From contig CBDBHE010000007.1 of NCBI GenBank assembly GCA_965205605.1, positions 320,001-384,000 on the forward strand: a stretch of DNA of 64,000 nucleotides, in the 5' to 3' direction. The stretch's first letter is position 1. Each line of letters starts with the position of its first letter. Positions 61,470 through 64,000 of this stretch are shown piece by piece. Source of the DNA: Spirochaetota bacterium. Lineage in GTDB: Bacteria > Spirochaetota > UBA12135 > COTS27 > CBDBHE01. A model generated the notes under the pieces. That model did not search any database. It saw only the letters and a list, made by a program, of their open reading frames with translations, and was not told the DNA's origin. A program made the translations under genes and the position numbers.

Positions 61470-61678
61470 AGCTTACAATCTCATCCCTAGTGATTTCTAA
61501 TGGTTTATTTTCTTTCTTAAACAAACTTTACCATGACATCGCCTTCTCTATAAAAAGATTTTTTTTCTATATCTCTATTTATTTTTGTAGAATTAAAATA
61601 AATTCAATATTTCATTTTGTTCCATCATCAAATTCGATAAATAATTTAAACACGCCTCATCACTTTTATAAGATTCAT
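61470..61678 (-). pseudogene. Possible DUF2442-like antitoxin remnant
   Basis: Broken frames give MNLIKV, KLFIEFDDGTK, KAMSW and EITRDEI; the resemblance is by eye only. Confidence 0.3.
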
Positions 61679-61829
61679 TTTCTCATCTAGTTAAATAATA
61701 AATGGTCATTGATTGATGCCAATTTAAAGGAGTTTTTTGCTTTAAATTGTTTTTTTTTATATTAAATAACCAAATGGAAATTGTTATATGTTATAAATAG
61801 AGATAGTATTATAGAGGAGAAATAAGGCA

Positions 61830-63377
61830 ATGAAGACAAAAAAAGAATCATTAAGAATGATATTTAGCTTTATATTAGTAGGGTTATTGACGTCGAATGT
61901 ACTACTTGCGTCAAAAGAGTTTTCTAAAGATGATCAAAAAGATGTTCCATTTAGTTTGGTAGGTGAGAGTCCAAAAGAAAAAGAAGCTCGCTTACAGTGG
62001 TGGGCAGACGCACGATTTGGATTATTTATCCATTGGGGACTTTATTCTCTTTTAGAAGGGTATTGGGAAGGGGAAGAAACCAAGCGTCTTGGTGAATGGA
62101 TTATGAAGAGTAGGGAAATTAAGAAGAGCGAATATTCCAAACTTGTTAATGACTTTAATCCGGTTAAATACAACCCTGAACAATGGATGAAGCTAGCAAA
62201 AGAAGCCGGCATGAAATATGTGGTGATTACAAGTAAGCATCACGATGGATTTAGCTTATGGAATAGTAAGTATAGAGATTTTAATATTGGATCTACACCT
62301 TATAAAAAAGATTTACTAGGCCCCTTAGCGGCTGCAGCTAAAAAAAATGACATTCACTTTGGGTTGTATTACTCCATTCTTGATTGGACCCATCCAAATT
62401 ATAAGCCTATACTAAATTTTGATAAAAAAGATCCAACTCGAAAGCCTAATTATCCGCTTTATTATGAGTATTTAAAAAATCAAACAAAAGAGCTATTAAG
62501 CAACTATAAAGATTTAAAACTTTTATGGTTTGATGGGGGGTGGGAAAAAACTTGGAAGGTAGATAACTATCGTATGGGAAAAGACATCTATAGAAAACTT
62601 AGAAAAATCAAGCCTTCTTTGATCATCAATGAGCGTTTTTACGGAAAGAGAAATCAAAAATTTGCTGACTACTGGACACCAGAGCAACGCATTCCTAAAA
62701 AAGCGAACAAGGGATTGTATTACTGGGAAACTTGCATGACCATGAATGACACTTGGGGATACAAACGAGATGATAAAAATTGGAAACCTACGAAATGGTT
62801 AATTCATAATTTAATTGACATTGCCTCTAAAGGTGGCAACTTTCTTCTAAACATTGGTCCTAAAGCAGATGGGACGATTCCTAGCCCTAGCGTTAAAATT
62901 TTAAAATCAATGGGAAAATGGCTAAAGATCAATGGAGAGGCTATTTACGGGACAATGGGAAATCCTTCTTCTAATCCAAAAGAAACATTTGCTTATGGAG
63001 ATATTACAACGAAGGTTAAAGAAAATAAAATTTATCTTCATCTTACTAAGTGGCCTTATAAAAAAGAATATAAACCTTACAAAGTAATAGAAAACCCTAA
63101 AGAAAGATCAGAATGGAGAAAAAAATATAAAATCTATGAGACATCTTTTCGTAAAAAATTACTGAGATTTATTAAAAAAGGTTCTAAACATAAAAAGATT
63201 GTGTTAAACGGATTTGAAAATAAAATCAAACGCATTTATGCTTTGGAAGATAAAACTAAATCCATCGAATGGAAAGCTAATAACAATACCATTGAGGTTT
63301 TATCCAAAAACATTCCTAAAGGCAAAATGGTGACTGTGTTGGCAATTGAATATGAGGGAGATTTACAGCTAAAGTAA
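61830..63377 (+). CDS. Alpha-L-fucosidase (GH29), secreted
   Basis: Signal peptide; ARFGLFIHWGLYS, TSKHHDGF, LWFDG, WETCMT and GGNFLLNIGP motifs; SD GAGGAG. Confidence 0.93.
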   Translation: MKTKKESLRMIFSFILVGLLTSNVLLASKEFSKDDQKDVPFSLVGESPKEKEARLQWWADARFGLFIHWGLYSLLEGYWEGEETKRLGEWIMKSREIKKSEYSKLVNDFNPVKYNPEQWMKLAKEAGMKYVVITSKHHDGFSLWNSKYRDFNIGSTPYKKDLLGPLAAAAKKNDIHFGLYYSILDWTHPNYKPILNFDKKDPTRKPNYPLYYEYLKNQTKELLSNYKDLKLLWFDGGWEKTWKVDNYRMGKDIYRKLRKIKPSLIINERFYGKRNQKFADYWTPEQRIPKKANKGLYYWETCMTMNDTWGYKRDDKNWKPTKWLIHNLIDIASKGGNFLLNIGPKADGTIPSPSVKILKSMGKWLKINGEAIYGTMGNPSSNPKETFAYGDITTKVKENKIYLHLTKWPYKKEYKPYKVIENPKERSEWRKKYKIYETSFRKKLLRFIKKGSKHKKIVLNGFENKIKRIYALEDKTKSIEWKANNNTIEVLSKNIPKGKMVTVLAIEYEGDLQLK

Positions 63378-63415
63378 ATCAGACATCTATTTTTTTTTTA
63401 TAGCACAAAAATCAA

Positions 63416-63459
63416 ATAAGAACACTACTCACTTATTAATGAATGGGTAGTGTTCTTAT
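63416..63459 (+). terminator. Inverted repeat downstream of the fucosidase, probable terminator
   Basis: ATAAGAACACTAC...GTAGTGTTCTTAT; 13-bp perfect arms. Confidence 0.6.
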
Positions 63460-63479
63460 AATTCTTAATTTTTTTCTAC

Positions 63480-63990
63480 ACTTATCATCACAGGCATTAG
63501 GATGGACGAATTAGCAACTATCGAGCCTCAATCAGCACATTCCAAAAAGAATAGCGAGGTCTTGGGAATCCTGAATTATCGCTAAAACCTAAAAGCCAAA
63601 AGCCAAAAACAACACTAAACCACCTCTTAAGACCATTCTATGATGAAGTAAAATAAGAAGGCTTCACATCAAAGTTTGTGAATGAGCCCTTCTTACAACA
63701 CGAGCAAAACAAGAGAAAAAAGACAGTTGCTAGTAGATGGTTAGTCTTTTAAAGACAGCTCACTTAACAGCTTATTATTAGAAGCAACAAGCTATCAAGG
63801 TTAGATAATCGTTTTTTATAATCGCAGGCTATTAATTCACGATTTTAGAGAGATTTTTTTGCCAGCTTACTCAAAGAAAATCGATGAAGCCCTCTTCTTC
63901 AAAACGTGTTAATTGTTATTTAGAAACACCTCTAGGTCTAGGCGGACTATCGTGGTGAGTAATAAATAATTTACTTAAATATAGAGTCGA
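63480..63990 (+). mobile_element. Possible heavily decayed IS5-family transposase remnant
   Basis: Fragments in broken frames (ITG..., KRQLLVD, AD-YRG) occur in the order expected for IS5 DDE motifs; no intact ORF. Confidence 0.3.
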
Positions 63991-64000
63991 TGATCTCACT

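Noticed and set aside
61385-61690. 101-aa + strand ORF
   Set aside because: TTG start, no SD or motif, low complexity; the opposite strand looks more like a gene remnant.

Overview
AT-rich bacterial chromosomal window, tentatively spirochaete-like, with many long poly-A/T tracts and short tandem repeats. (1) 1-5.4 kb is a phage-derived module with no integrase visible: a terminase large subunit running off the left edge (absent from the ORF track), a replication initiator, two helicase-loader-like proteins and an Xis-like HTH. Its spacers are filled with a dispersed ~60-bp repeat family. (2) At 10-12.5 kb a large repeat gene reads one 15-bp-based DNA motif first in an acidic frame and then in an Arg/Ser frame. 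(3) At 24-28 kb a VTC-DUF4956-CotH-porin operon is bracketed by two damaged copies of an outer-membrane beta-barrel gene. (4) Housekeeping genes include dapE, htpG, cca, rplM-rpsI, dapB, cyoE, ung, tyrA, thiC, nqrABCDEF-apbE-nqrM, thiL, rnhA, topB, purA and ppc. (5) The right end holds a collapsed restriction-modification pseudogene and a GH29 fucosidase between probable decayed elements. G/C strand skew flips at kilobase scale, independent of gene direction and strongest on the left. No rRNA, tRNA or CRISPR array was recognised. All family calls come from motif recognition by eye; no database searches were run.
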